DNA of 64,000 nt from a virus. Below, one piece after another: positions 39,542 to 49,046 of the stretch. Position numbers and translations under genes: made by a program. The notes under the pieces were generated by a model. That model did no database searches. It had not been told where the DNA came from and saw only the letters and a list, made by a program, of their open reading frames with translations. Location of the stretch: the UHGV virus genome UHGV-0277313, one strand, 5' to 3'. Each line of letters begins with the position of its first letter. The stretch's first letter is position 1.

Positions 39542-40054
39542 TTAGATTTCGTTTAAAATGTCAATATAATTTTTAAAGATAGGATCTTGAAAGGCGTCTT
39601 CTATGTTTGTATAAAGTTTAACATAATTATTTTCATCTTGTAATTTAGATTCAGCGCTTGTTGAACTTAAGACTTCGAACTTTTTACTGTTTGGTGAATA
39701 AATTAAATATTGGTCATCAATGTTAATTAACAATTTTGGTTTACTGTATGCACTATCACAAAATACAAATACGTCAGAAGTATTAAGCTTGAATATTCTT
39801 TTATACGATTGTTGTATGTCATTCAACATTTCAACATCTGTATCAAAATCTGTTTTGACATAATCGTCCAAATGTTCGTCAGTAAAGTTTTTAATAATCC
39901 AGATGTTAGCATGGTGATAATCACGATTATTTGTTGTAAGAGAGAAGTTTAATGTGTTGTTAACTTCAACACCTTCAATAACATAAAATGTAATGAATGT
40001 GTCAAGTACATCAATAGTTTGTCTTGTTTTTGAATACTTACAATATTTTGTCAT
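39542..40054 (-). CDS. paralog family protein 3 of 7
   Basis: N-terminus MTKYCKYSKTRQT, C-terminus FQDPIFKNYIDILNEI. Confidence 0.6.
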   Translation of the reverse strand: MTKYCKYSKTRQTIDVLDTFITFYVIEGVEVNNTLNFSLTTNNRDYHHANIWIIKNFTDEHLDDYVKTDFDTDVEMLNDIQQSYKRIFKLNTSDVFVFCDSAYSKPKLLINIDDQYLIYSPNSKKFEVLSSTSAESKLQDENNYVKLYTNIEDAFQDPIFKNYIDILNEI

Positions 40055-40080
40055 TGTTATATTCCTATTTAAATTTCGTT
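40017..40080. repeat. 64-bp repeat, copy A (identical to 41567..41630)
   Basis: gtttgtcttgtttttgaatacttacaatattttgtcattgttatattcctatttaaatttcgtt spans the gene start, the intergenic spacer and the neighbouring gene's end. Confidence 0.85.
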
Positions 40081-40584
40081 AAGTACATCAACATAGTTTT
40101 TAAAAATAGGATCGTTGAAAGCTTGCAGAATATCACTGTATTCTCGTATGTAATAATCTTCATTTTGAAGTTTCATGTTTAAAAGATATCGTGACGTAAA
40201 AAAGATTGTTTGTTTTTTAGGTGTATAAACTAAAGAATTGTTTTTATAATTTATAGCAATATTTGGTATACTTTTAAGTGATTCAGCATATACCATAATG
40301 TTGTTTGTATCAATATTATTTGCTTTCTTTATGGAATTTTCAAGATCTTCGAACATTTTGATGTCATTGTCAAAATCAACCTTCTGTAAATTTTCATTTG
40401 GAGTTTTAGGGTCGAAATTAAAACTTTGCGAAATGAGTAAATCATAGTAGTTATCTTTTTTATAATAAGTCAATAAAGTTTGAATTACACTACATTCGTT
40501 GTTCGTTGAAATACAATAATAGCTTTCATACATATCAACAAATTGTAAATGCTCTTCTCGATAATATTTATAAAAATTGCTCAT
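40069..40584 (-). CDS. paralog family protein 4 of 7
   Basis: C-terminal FNDPIFKNYVDVLNEI. Confidence 0.6.
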   Translation of the reverse strand: MSNFYKYYREEHLQFVDMYESYYCISTNNECSVIQTLLTYYKKDNYYDLLISQSFNFDPKTPNENLQKVDFDNDIKMFEDLENSIKKANNIDTNNIMVYAESLKSIPNIAINYKNNSLVYTPKKQTIFFTSRYLLNMKLQNEDYYIREYSDILQAFNDPIFKNYVDVLNEI

Positions 40585-40593
40585 GTCAAACCT

Positions 40594-41100
40594 TTAAATT
40601 TCATCTAAAACATTTATATAACTTAAAAAGATTGGATCTTTAAAAGCATCTGAAATATCACTATATGTCTTAAAATAATCATATTGTTTATTGATTTCTT
40701 CTCGAATGTTGGCAACAAAATCCAAAATGATATTTTTATAAATTGGGGAGTATATCAAAATATCATTTTCAATAGGTATAATGATTTTAGGAGTTTCTTT
40801 CAGATCTGCCATTTGCCAGACATATACTTCATAATTCTTTATTTTATACATATCTGTATATAAACGTTGTATATCTTCAAATAATTCGACATCACTTGAA
40901 AAGTTGATTCTTTTATAATCATTATCTAAACTATTAAGAATTTGTATGTTGCTGCTAGTGTTGACAACATACCCATTAGAACCGTCAACGTATTGTGAAC
41001 ATACAAAAGCAAAACATTGTTTATCAATCACATAAAAATTTCTTACGTGATGTCCGCTTTTATTTGTATTCTCAAAAACATATTTACAAAATTTTGTCAT
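40594..41100 (-). CDS. paralog family protein 5 of 7
   Basis: C-terminal FKDPIFLSYINVLDEI. Confidence 0.6.
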   Translation of the reverse strand: MTKFCKYVFENTNKSGHHVRNFYVIDKQCFAFVCSQYVDGSNGYVVNTSSNIQILNSLDNDYKRINFSSDVELFEDIQRLYTDMYKIKNYEVYVWQMADLKETPKIIIPIENDILIYSPIYKNIILDFVANIREEINKQYDYFKTYSDISDAFKDPIFLSYINVLDEI

Positions 41101-41604
41101 TTAAATCTCGTTTAATACGTCAATGTAATTTGTGAATATTAAATCTTTTAAAGCAGTTTCAACAAAGTTGTATTTTTGATGATAGGCAATCTCATTTTCA
41201 TCAAACCATTGATCAACGACATATCCACTGACAGCATTAACATCGTCTGTTGCAGGTGTATATATAATAGCGTCACTTTGAATGAACATTATAAGTTTAG
41301 GTTTAGAATAGATATCATTGAATTGAATTACTAAATTCTCAACTGTCTTCTTTTCATAAAAGCTTTTATATTGATTTTGTAAATCAGAAAACAACTCTAT
41401 TGCATTATTAAAATCTGTTTTGTTTTTTTCATCTAAAGAGACAATAATTTCATCCGCATTTCCTGAAGTAATATTATATGTAGGAAAGACACGCTCAACA
41501 GAAAATTGTACTAAAATATATTTTTTATTAATAATATAATAGGCTGTATAATGTTTTCCTGTATTTGTTTGTCTTGTTTTTGAATACTTACAATATTTTG
41601 TCAT
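41101..41604 (-). CDS. paralog family protein 6 of 7
   Basis: N-terminus MTKYCKYSKTRQT, C-terminus ..NYIDVLNEI. Confidence 0.6.
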   Translation of the reverse strand: MTKYCKYSKTRQTNTGKHYTAYYIINKKYILVQFSVERVFPTYNITSGNADEIIVSLDEKNKTDFNNAIELFSDLQNQYKSFYEKKTVENLVIQFNDIYSKPKLIMFIQSDAIIYTPATDDVNAVSGYVVDQWFDENEIAYHQKYNFVETALKDLIFTNYIDVLNEI

Positions 41605-41630
41605 TGTTATATTCCTATTTAAATTTCGTT
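41567..41630. repeat. 64-bp repeat, copy B
   Basis: Identical to copy A when read by eye. Confidence 0.85.
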
Positions 41631-42137
41631 TAAAACATCAATGTAATTTATAATAGAAGGGTCTTTGAAAGCTTCAGCAACTGTTTCATAACGTTTCAAA
41701 TATACAGCATCTTCTGTCATAAATTTAGGTATTTTGGTTGCTTTTATACTATTAACAGAATCATTCTCAAATGAATAGTAAAAACTATAATCAGTATCAT
41801 TTATTGCAAATAATATGGCAGGACGCTTGTTAATATCGGTTAAAATAACAAAAATTTGTAAAGGTAAATTTTCGAAATGTTTTTTAAACCCATTGACAAA
41901 GTCTTTAAACAATTCCTCAACATTATCAAACATGATGGTTTTATAATCTAAAAATGAAAGAGGTACATCTAGTGTAGGTGATGTATGTACGTCATATTTT
42001 AAATAATCATCTTTTAAATACTTTGTAAAAACAGATATAAATGCCGTTTTGTTAACTATGTATTTATTATATTCAGATTCTTCTTTAAATCGTGACGAAG
42101 TTGCTTCTTCATAATATTTAAAATATAGATTATTCAT
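41619..42137 (-). CDS. paralog family protein 7 of 7
   Basis: C-terminal FKDPSIINYIDVLNEI. Confidence 0.6.
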   Translation of the reverse strand: MNNLYFKYYEEATSSRFKEESEYNKYIVNKTAFISVFTKYLKDDYLKYDVHTSPTLDVPLSFLDYKTIMFDNVEELFKDFVNGFKKHFENLPLQIFVILTDINKRPAILFAINDTDYSFYYSFENDSVNSIKATKIPKFMTEDAVYLKRYETVAEAFKDPSIINYIDVLNEI

Positions 42138-42279
42138 TTTGATTCCAGTTATGAATTTACCTTTATGTTTGAAGAACCTTTTTTCTTGTTTTTTAGCTTA
42201 AAGTAAAACTAAAGGCGAGTCAATTAAAATTGGCTCGCCTTGATACTCATAAAAACACATTTCTTTAAAAAGAATAAAT

Positions 42280-43887
42280 TTAGACATTATTTTCAGCAAG
42301 TGAAACTTTTGTATAAGAATTGATAACATCAGTAGTATTACCAACACCTAAGTTACCAAGTTTGTTATAACCAACTAAATAAGCATCACCTTTTGTTGTT
42401 ACATACCCAGAGTTGTACATTGTCATTCCGTGTACATAATTTAGCGTGAAATCTGCAACATTACTGTTAATAAGTACAAGACCTGTTTCAGCAGAATTTC
42501 CAACGACATTGTTTGATGTATTATTAGAATATTTATATAATTCACCGTTTTCAGTTAAAGCTAACAGTGCATATTTATTATTTTGCCCACCAGATGAAAC
42601 ATCAAAAATGTGTTGCAATTTTTTCACTTTTGCTATTAAAACATTTGACGGATAGTAACTATATGTATTGATATAGGAAAGGTGACATAAAGAACCATCA
42701 TCTAATAAAACCAAACCACCAGAATATAGTGAATCTGTTAAGCTAAGTATATTTTTAATATTTTTAGCAATTTCTTTTTTGGAAGAATCTGTATAAATAG
42801 AATAACTATGGCTTCCAGGGCTATTTGAAGAGTAGTAATATTCTTTTATATTTATTTTATTGTTAGCTTCATAAAGGACATCCAAATGATAAACTGTCGA
42901 ACTATAATGTTTATATACAATTGATAGTATCTTCATACTTCCTGACATTAATTTGAAAGAGTATGATTTAGGTGAATATTTTGCCGAAAAATCAGAATAA
43001 GGGCCAGTACAGTATAATTTATGATCATTAGTAATGTAATAAGTCGCCCAATCAGCAAATTGGTATATGTCTTTTACGTTTGTCGCTAGTTCAATAAATG
43101 TTGTTGCTTCTTGTCCATTATTGCTTAACAGACGATCAGAGTCACTTCCGATACCAAAAAGTGTATCATCATTTGTTATATAGAAAGCATTCACGTAACC
43201 TTCATATATTGTTTTTACATAATCAGCAATTTTTTCAAAATCCCCAGTTTTTGAATAATATTGCTTTGAAGATATAAATAATTCATCGTTTTCTGTTACA
43301 TACATTGGCATTAAATATGTCCCAGAGTATGACATTCCCAAACAAGCATCGCGAACATTTTCAGCCACTTTTGTAAATTCAGTAACTGCATTTGTTGATG
43401 AAGGATTACCTAAAAGACGTGAATGACCAGCGGCATATAAATCACCATTATCCATAATCAAATAAGTGCCATATTGGCCACATAATTTAATTTTCTTAAC
43501 GCCTTGACCTAAACGTTGCAACAGAATTTGAATCTCTTTATTTGTATCAGCAATTGTTGAGCCTGATAAGTCTTGCATGCCGACATGTTTTGCAGTATAG
43601 TTAATTTGTTCGTTTTGGTTCGTAATAACCATATTACCGAAATTCAATAACTCATTACCGTCATTATCTGTAAATGTCATTTCAGAATCATTTGGTTTAG
43701 GAGAGAATTTAGTAATCTTTAAATCACCTAAATCAACTTTTCCTGATGTTGTTTTAATTTCAGAAATCTTTTGTGCATAGTTTTCAAAAGGTGCAGTTTT
43801 ATTAATATCTGAACCTTTTTTCACAATAGACTGATATATGTCTTTTTTAATTTTAAGAATTTCTTTAATCTGCTCAATATTTGACAT
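42280..43887 (-). CDS. large hypothetical protein, possibly tail fibre/host-recognition (repeat-containing)
   Basis: 535 aa, Ser/Asn/Tyr-rich repeats and an N-terminal coiled coil. Confidence 0.5.
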   Translation of the reverse strand: MSNIEQIKEILKIKKDIYQSIVKKGSDINKTAPFENYAQKISEIKTTSGKVDLGDLKITKFSPKPNDSEMTFTDNDGNELLNFGNMVITNQNEQINYTAKHVGMQDLSGSTIADTNKEIQILLQRLGQGVKKIKLCGQYGTYLIMDNGDLYAAGHSRLLGNPSSTNAVTEFTKVAENVRDACLGMSYSGTYLMPMYVTENDELFISSKQYYSKTGDFEKIADYVKTIYEGYVNAFYITNDDTLFGIGSDSDRLLSNNGQEATTFIELATNVKDIYQFADWATYYITNDHKLYCTGPYSDFSAKYSPKSYSFKLMSGSMKILSIVYKHYSSTVYHLDVLYEANNKINIKEYYYSSNSPGSHSYSIYTDSSKKEIAKNIKNILSLTDSLYSGGLVLLDDGSLCHLSYINTYSYYPSNVLIAKVKKLQHIFDVSSGGQNNKYALLALTENGELYKYSNNTSNNVVGNSAETGLVLINSNVADFTLNYVHGMTMYNSGYVTTKGDAYLVGYNKLGNLGVGNTTDVINSYTKVSLAENNV

Positions 43888-44386
43888 ATCTTTTATATTA
43901 AATCTTTTTAAATTAGTGTGTTCAATACATAGAACAATAATTTAAACAATTCTAAACTATTCGTCATTATGTCAGTTGATTTTTAACAGACCATACATTG
44001 GCATTACGTTTAAATGTACCCTCATCACATATTTTATTTAGACCGTTTTAGGAGGTCTTTAAAATGCCAGCAACAGCTATTTTAAAACACTTCATAATCT
44101 TTAATGAAGTTTGAATGTAAAATCTAGATTTTGAATCTATTGCAGTACAATATAATGCATTTGCACTATGTCAACATATGTGTTAATATATAATAGATAT
44201 TGCTGTTTTCGTCTAATTTGTCTACAATATAAAATACAAACATTTGTCAAGAAGTGTATATAATAAAATAAATTCTTTTTTGTTGACATAGTCTGACATT
44301 GGTATAGTTTTAATTTTCTTGACAATTTTTTGTAAGTTTGTTATTGTTTAAAAAATCTAAAATTTTAACTATTCACGGATTTTAAA

Positions 44387-45442
44387 ATGACTTATTTGAC
44401 TGAAGAAGAAAGAGCTGCTAGAAAACAGTTGGCCCAACAAAAATACAAAAACAAAGAAGAAGTAAAAATAAGAAAAAGATTCAATGATTGCAACAGTCGA
44501 AGAAGACGGTTGGGTCTTTCTGTTTTCACATTTAATGAATGGCAGGAGTGGTATAAAAACAAGCATGCGCCAAAAGGATCATTGCTTCATAAATATAAAC
44601 AGTTTATTCAAGGTAGAAAAAAGAGAAAGTTGGAAATAATTTCGTTTGAAAAATATTGCGAATTGATTGCTGAACGTAATAGAAACAAATCAGCTAATGC
44701 TGAAGAGAGACGTTTACGCGCAAATCAAAAGGCAAAAGAAAGATATCATTCCAACGAAGAAGTGCGAAAAAGAAAAATGGAATATAGTAAGAAATACAGA
44801 AAAGAACATCCAGAAGTTCGAAGTAAATGTTATTATAAAAAGGCATACGAAAAGTATAAAGAAAAAGTTGCAAACATGTCTGAAGCAGAACGTGAGCTGT
44901 TGAAAAGAAAAATTTATGAAAATAAACAGAGATTTTTAAAAAATATGTCCGAAGAAAAACGTTTGGAATATAAAAAGAAACATGCTGCTCGTTCAAGAGA
45001 CTATTGGCGTAATTTGTCACCTGAAAAACGTCTGGAACTTAAAGAGAGAAAAGCTGAATACTATAAAAATCGTTGCAAAAATAATTTGGAAAAAGTATAT
45101 GAACATTTGGTAAAACAACGTGAAAGAACAGGTATAAAGAAAAAGGATAGTTTTGAAGATTACTTGAAAAAGAAACGTGATATGGATAATAAAACAAATC
45201 ACTATAATGAAGACTTAAGTTTTCTTAATGAAAAATTCCCGTTAAGTCAAAAATTATTGTCTATTGAAGAATACAATAGAAGAACATTTATAATGCAAAA
45301 ATTACAACGTGTCCTTAAACATTTAGGTTTATCAACTAAAATTTTGATGAATTATAAAAGAGGTCACTATACAATGCAACAACTAAAGACTTTTTTAGAA
45401 ATGTACCAAAATAAAGAATGGAAAAATAATGAACGAAAATGA
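44387..45442 (+). CDS. highly basic K/R/E-rich repetitive protein
   Basis: Repeated units of the N.SEEKRLEYKKKH / NLSPEKRLELKERK type. Confidence 0.55.
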   Translation: MTYLTEEERAARKQLAQQKYKNKEEVKIRKRFNDCNSRRRRLGLSVFTFNEWQEWYKNKHAPKGSLLHKYKQFIQGRKKRKLEIISFEKYCELIAERNRNKSANAEERRLRANQKAKERYHSNEEVRKRKMEYSKKYRKEHPEVRSKCYYKKAYEKYKEKVANMSEAERELLKRKIYENKQRFLKNMSEEKRLEYKKKHAARSRDYWRNLSPEKRLELKERKAEYYKNRCKNNLEKVYEHLVKQRERTGIKKKDSFEDYLKKKRDMDNKTNHYNEDLSFLNEKFPLSQKLLSIEEYNRRTFIMQKLQRVLKHLGLSTKILMNYKRGHYTMQQLKTFLEMYQNKEWKNNERK

Positions 45443-45749
45443 GATCAGAGCTTTTCTAAAAGAAAACATTTATAACATTAAAAAGTTTGCAAACGGAAGT
45501 CCATATGATGGTGAAACAGTTTCCTATAATTTGGGAAACACTTTTGTTGTAACTTGTGAAGAATATTTTGATAAAGCATCATATCAATTAAGGTTTAATA
45601 ATAAAATTTCAGAAGATATATTGGCAAAAATTATCTTTGAGTATGTTGATAAACTTTATAAAGAGGTTGTTGAAAAGCCTGATAAAGATTCAGATTGGAA
45701 TTGGCGTTTGTCGCAAGCAACAAATACAACCTTAAGAAATCAGTGGTAG
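45429..45749 (+). CDS. hypothetical protein
   Basis: ORF. Confidence 0.5.
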   Translation: MNENEIRAFLKENIYNIKKFANGSPYDGETVSYNLGNTFVVTCEEYFDKASYQLRFNNKISEDILAKIIFEYVDKLYKEVVEKPDKDSDWNWRLSQATNTTLRNQW

Positions 45750-45751
45750 AT

Positions 45752-46261
45752 ATGCAATATAGATGTGTTGGTTTCGAAAGACTTGCCTTTAGCGGCTTTG
45801 ATCTTTTTATAAACGATTATCGTGATCACGATAATTTATTCGCATCAGGTTGTATTATCTTTTACAAAAAAGATAATTTGTTTCATTTTGTGCTATTAGG
45901 TCGATTAGGAATTTATGTATTAGCACCAGTTGTACAGTATATTTTAAAAGATATTGTAGAGGGCAGCATTTTAGATGCCGATAATTTCTATGCTTATGGT
46001 TTTAATAGTAAAGAAGAGGATCGATATATCACAAATAATTTTGTAAAAGTTAAACCTTTTTATGTGCTTTACGAAAAATTATCAGACGGAAACAACTTAT
46101 ATTGCGATTGTGAAAAGTTTTGTATAGGTTTAGAAAGAAATCAGTCTTTGATATTTAATAGTAAAAAAGATGCTCAAACGTTTATCAAAGATAATCAATT
46201 AAAGAATAACATTATTAAAGTTGATAGGTTGTTTCAAATGAAATTTGGGGATGCTATATGA
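45752..46261 (+). CDS. hypothetical protein
   Basis: Internal ATG chosen to avoid a 55-nt overlap with the upstream gene. Confidence 0.45.
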   Translation: MQYRCVGFERLAFSGFDLFINDYRDHDNLFASGCIIFYKKDNLFHFVLLGRLGIYVLAPVVQYILKDIVEGSILDADNFYAYGFNSKEEDRYITNNFVKVKPFYVLYEKLSDGNNLYCDCEKFCIGLERNQSLIFNSKKDAQTFIKDNQLKNNIIKVDRLFQMKFGDAI

Positions 46262-46812
46262 GGTTTGCTAATTTAAATTATTTGGGTGCGACATATCTAA
46301 CAGAAAATGAAATACAGAGAGTGTTTTTCTATAAGATAGATAACACCTTAATTCCTATATCCCTAAACTTTATTGATTTTATGAAGATTTTTTATATCGA
46401 TGCGAAGTGCGATCTGAATAGTTGCCTGACTAATATTTATTGCTATGATCTAAATGATGTAGACGACAATGATGTTTCTGTAGATAACAAAATATATATG
46501 ACGAAATCTTTTACAAACTATTCAAGACCTGTAGAAAATGTCTGTTTCTTCTATTATAAAAAGAAACGGTATTTGCAAATGCAAAAGATTTTATCATGGC
46601 AACAATCAGATGATTTTAACATTACAATATCTTCTGTAAAAAAAGTGCACCATTTCGAGAATGTTCAATTGATTGTTGTAGAAAATCAGTTTCAACATTA
46701 TGTTAGTGTGAATTCAATTGAGTACAATAAAAATGTTTACGGGTTACCTAGATATGAGACTGTGAAACTTTTAAAATACAATTCAAGTTTAAAGCAATAT
46801 GTTGAAGCTTGA
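46258..46812 (+). CDS. hypothetical protein
   Basis: ORF with ATGA coupling. Confidence 0.5.
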   Translation: MRFANLNYLGATYLTENEIQRVFFYKIDNTLIPISLNFIDFMKIFYIDAKCDLNSCLTNIYCYDLNDVDDNDVSVDNKIYMTKSFTNYSRPVENVCFFYYKKKRYLQMQKILSWQQSDDFNITISSVKKVHHFENVQLIVVENQFQHYVSVNSIEYNKNVYGLPRYETVKLLKYNSSLKQYVEA

Positions 46813-46865
46813 CAATGTTTGTTTTATGTGATAGATTGAACTATCAAATTATGAAAGGAACCTAA

Positions 46866-47213
46866 ATGCTGCATTTGTTTGGAAAACTGTTTTCGAATAA
46901 ACCTATTTATATTAAAAAGAAAAAGGATACAATTTTTTATTCAGTTAACTTTCCATTTGTAACAAGTGATTGGTTAACTTTTCACATTTTAGGTTTGAAG
47001 AAAATAAACGATCGTAGGGTTGTAGCAGTTATCAGAAACATTTTAACATGTGATATTTATGAGGTTGATATCGACGAGTTGAACCACTTTTATAAAAAGT
47101 TTGATAAATATAATTTGTTGTTTAAAAGTCAATTAAGTATTTATAATAAAAAGATTCACGATGGAACAATTCCTGTGATAGAATATAAAAAGTTTGAAAC
47201 TCTGTTTGTTTAA
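46866..47213 (+). CDS. hypothetical protein
   Basis: RBS AAAGGAA. Confidence 0.5.
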   Translation: MLHLFGKLFSNKPIYIKKKKDTIFYSVNFPFVTSDWLTFHILGLKKINDRRVVAVIRNILTCDIYEVDIDELNHFYKKFDKYNLLFKSQLSIYNKKIHDGTIPVIEYKKFETLFV

Positions 47214-47224
47214 AGGATTAAAAA

Positions 47225-47446
47225 ATGTCTGAAGATGATATCAATAATTTTTTTGTAAATTATATTAATGAAAATGGATCAAATGAAACAACAAGTTACC
47301 CTAAAAGTGTTTGTGGTAATATTATTTGTCCTAAATGTCATCATGATACAGGTTATCCGATGGTAACATGTGAAGTTGTTTATGCAGATAAACATTGTCC
47401 ATTTTGTGGAAATGTCGTTGTACATGCTATGAATATCATGTGTTGA
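47225..47446 (+). CDS. small zinc-ribbon protein
   Basis: CPKCHHD...CPFCG. Confidence 0.5.
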   Translation: MSEDDINNFFVNYINENGSNETTSYPKSVCGNIICPKCHHDTGYPMVTCEVVYADKHCPFCGNVVVHAMNIMC

Positions 47447-47453
47447 GGATTTA

Positions 47454-47834
47454 ATGGAATATAGTTATTTGCTTTGTGAAGTAGGTACTCAAGATAGAGT
47501 TATATTTTTTAAGACTTCAAGAAAGTTCAGAAAAACAAATGTCGTAACTACAGTAAACGAGTTTATGGATTTATGTGAATTGGAATTACAACAAAATAAT
47601 GTAATAAAAGTTCATGGGTACTATACAAAAAGAACACATGTTATTCATTATTATATAGACAACACAACTGTTTATACTGAAAGATCTTTGACTGTTACAG
47701 TTGGCTGGAAAACTTTACGTGATAAGTTTAAAAGAAGATTTGGATGTGATGTAGAGATACTTCATAAAAAATATTGTTCGTACATAATTGTCCAAAATGC
47801 TAGTATTGGAAGTAATCTATTGAAAGATATTTAA
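47454..47834 (+). CDS. hypothetical protein, tandem paralog A
   Basis: About 65% identical to 47852..48235. Confidence 0.55.
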   Translation: MEYSYLLCEVGTQDRVIFFKTSRKFRKTNVVTTVNEFMDLCELELQQNNVIKVHGYYTKRTHVIHYYIDNTTVYTERSLTVTVGWKTLRDKFKRRFGCDVEILHKKYCSYIIVQNASIGSNLLKDI

Positions 47835-47851
47835 ATAGTGTTGAGGTTTTA

Positions 47852-48235
47852 ATGGAATATTGTTTTTTGTTTGGTGAAGTAAGAGGAACTCAAGATAAAT
47901 TTATGTTTTTTAAATCTTCATGTAAGTTTAAAGAAACAAATATTGCCAACACAGTAAACGAGTTTATGAATTTATGTGAACTGGCATTGCAACAGAATAA
48001 TGTAATAAAAATTTATGGACATTATACAAAAAAGTCACATGTTACTCATTTTTATGCAGAAAGCACAACTATTTATACAGAAAAACCTCAACATGTCTAT
48101 GTTGGTTGGAAAGTTTTACGGGATAAGTTTAAAAGAAGGTTCGGGAGAGATGTAGAAATACTTCATGAAAAATATTATGGATCAATCATTGTTAAAAATA
48201 CTAATATTGGAAGTAATTTATTAAAAGATATTTAA
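47852..48235 (+). CDS. hypothetical protein, tandem paralog B
   Basis: Shares NVIK(V/I)(H/Y)G(Y/H)YTK and WK.LRDKFKRRFG blocks with paralog A. Confidence 0.55.
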   Translation: MEYCFLFGEVRGTQDKFMFFKSSCKFKETNIANTVNEFMNLCELALQQNNVIKIYGHYTKKSHVTHFYAESTTIYTEKPQHVYVGWKVLRDKFKRRFGRDVEILHEKYYGSIIVKNTNIGSNLLKDI

Positions 48236-48240
48236 ATAGC

Positions 48241-48459
48241 GTGGAGACTTTAATGAACGATTATGATGTTAAAGAGAAGTTGTTGTTGATATTGATTCTA
48301 ATTATTATCATCGCATTGCCTGCCTCGTGCAGTTATGATATAGGTAAAATTGAAGGTAAAGCTGAAACGGTCCAAGAACTGTGTTCAAAAACTGAATACG
48401 ATTTCTGTGTAAAAGTACAACAGAAACCTATATATACTCTTAAAAATGATATTGACTAA
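48241..48459 (+). CDS. small membrane/secreted protein
   Basis: Hydrophobic LLLILILIIIIALPASC segment. Confidence 0.4.
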   Translation: METLMNDYDVKEKLLLILILIIIIALPASCSYDIGKIEGKAETVQELCSKTEYDFCVKVQQKPIYTLKNDID

Positions 48460-48851
48460 ATGAAAGAAACAATATGTTCCAAAACCGAGAAGAATTAAAA
48501 GAAGACTTCGATGAAGTTCCTGTGAACGAAAATCAAATTTGTTACCCTGATGAAGATTGTTTGGAAATCTTAAAGGAAAATGAAGATTGAATAGACATAG
48601 CTTTTTTAAATTATTTCCAATTCTATACGACGTAAAATGATTTGTAAAATGGTGGAAAAAAGCATTTAGTTGAAAAGTGTTATATCAGATTTGGAAGAAT
48701 TCCTAAAAATGAAAAAAGTGGAATTCATTTAGGTAAAGATATACGTTTTGAAAATGGGGTTTCTGTTTGGGATGCTGTAAAATTAAAGGACGGTTATCAT
48801 CTTGTTGCTCCTCTTCAAGGAAATACTTGCACTTATACCGATTTTATAAAA

Positions 48852-49046
48852 ATGGCGTTTCCTCAAGAGTGGTATGGAGATTTCGTTTCACATGAACCAA
48901 TTTATGTCGTTTCTGGTGATGAAGTCGGTCGTGGAAGTGATAATGAACCTTTACTGAAAAATATAAAAATAATTGAAGAATTACCTTTTGATTATTTTAA
49001 CTATGGCCCCACATATGAAAAGTATATGCCAAAGGAAAAAGAATGA
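48852..49046 (+). CDS. hypothetical protein; the frame is open for a further 68 codons upstream (see findings)
   Basis: ATG ORF. The upstream in-frame translation looks protein-like but has no ATG. Confidence 0.4.
   Translation: MAFPQEWYGDFVSHEPIYVVSGDEVGRGSDNEPLLKNIKIIEELPFDYFNYGPTYEKYMPKEKE

Noticed and set aside
38540-42137. Regularly spaced repeats that might suggest a CRISPR-like array
   Set aside because: The repeating unit is about 500 bp and protein-coding, with a conserved C-terminal motif. There are no short direct repeats of 25-40 bp with unique spacers. It is a paralogous gene array, not CRISPR.
44369-44566. Minus-strand 65-aa ORF overlapping the start of 44387..45442
   Set aside because: It has no RBS, is of low complexity, and overlaps the promoter and start of a well-supported + strand gene.
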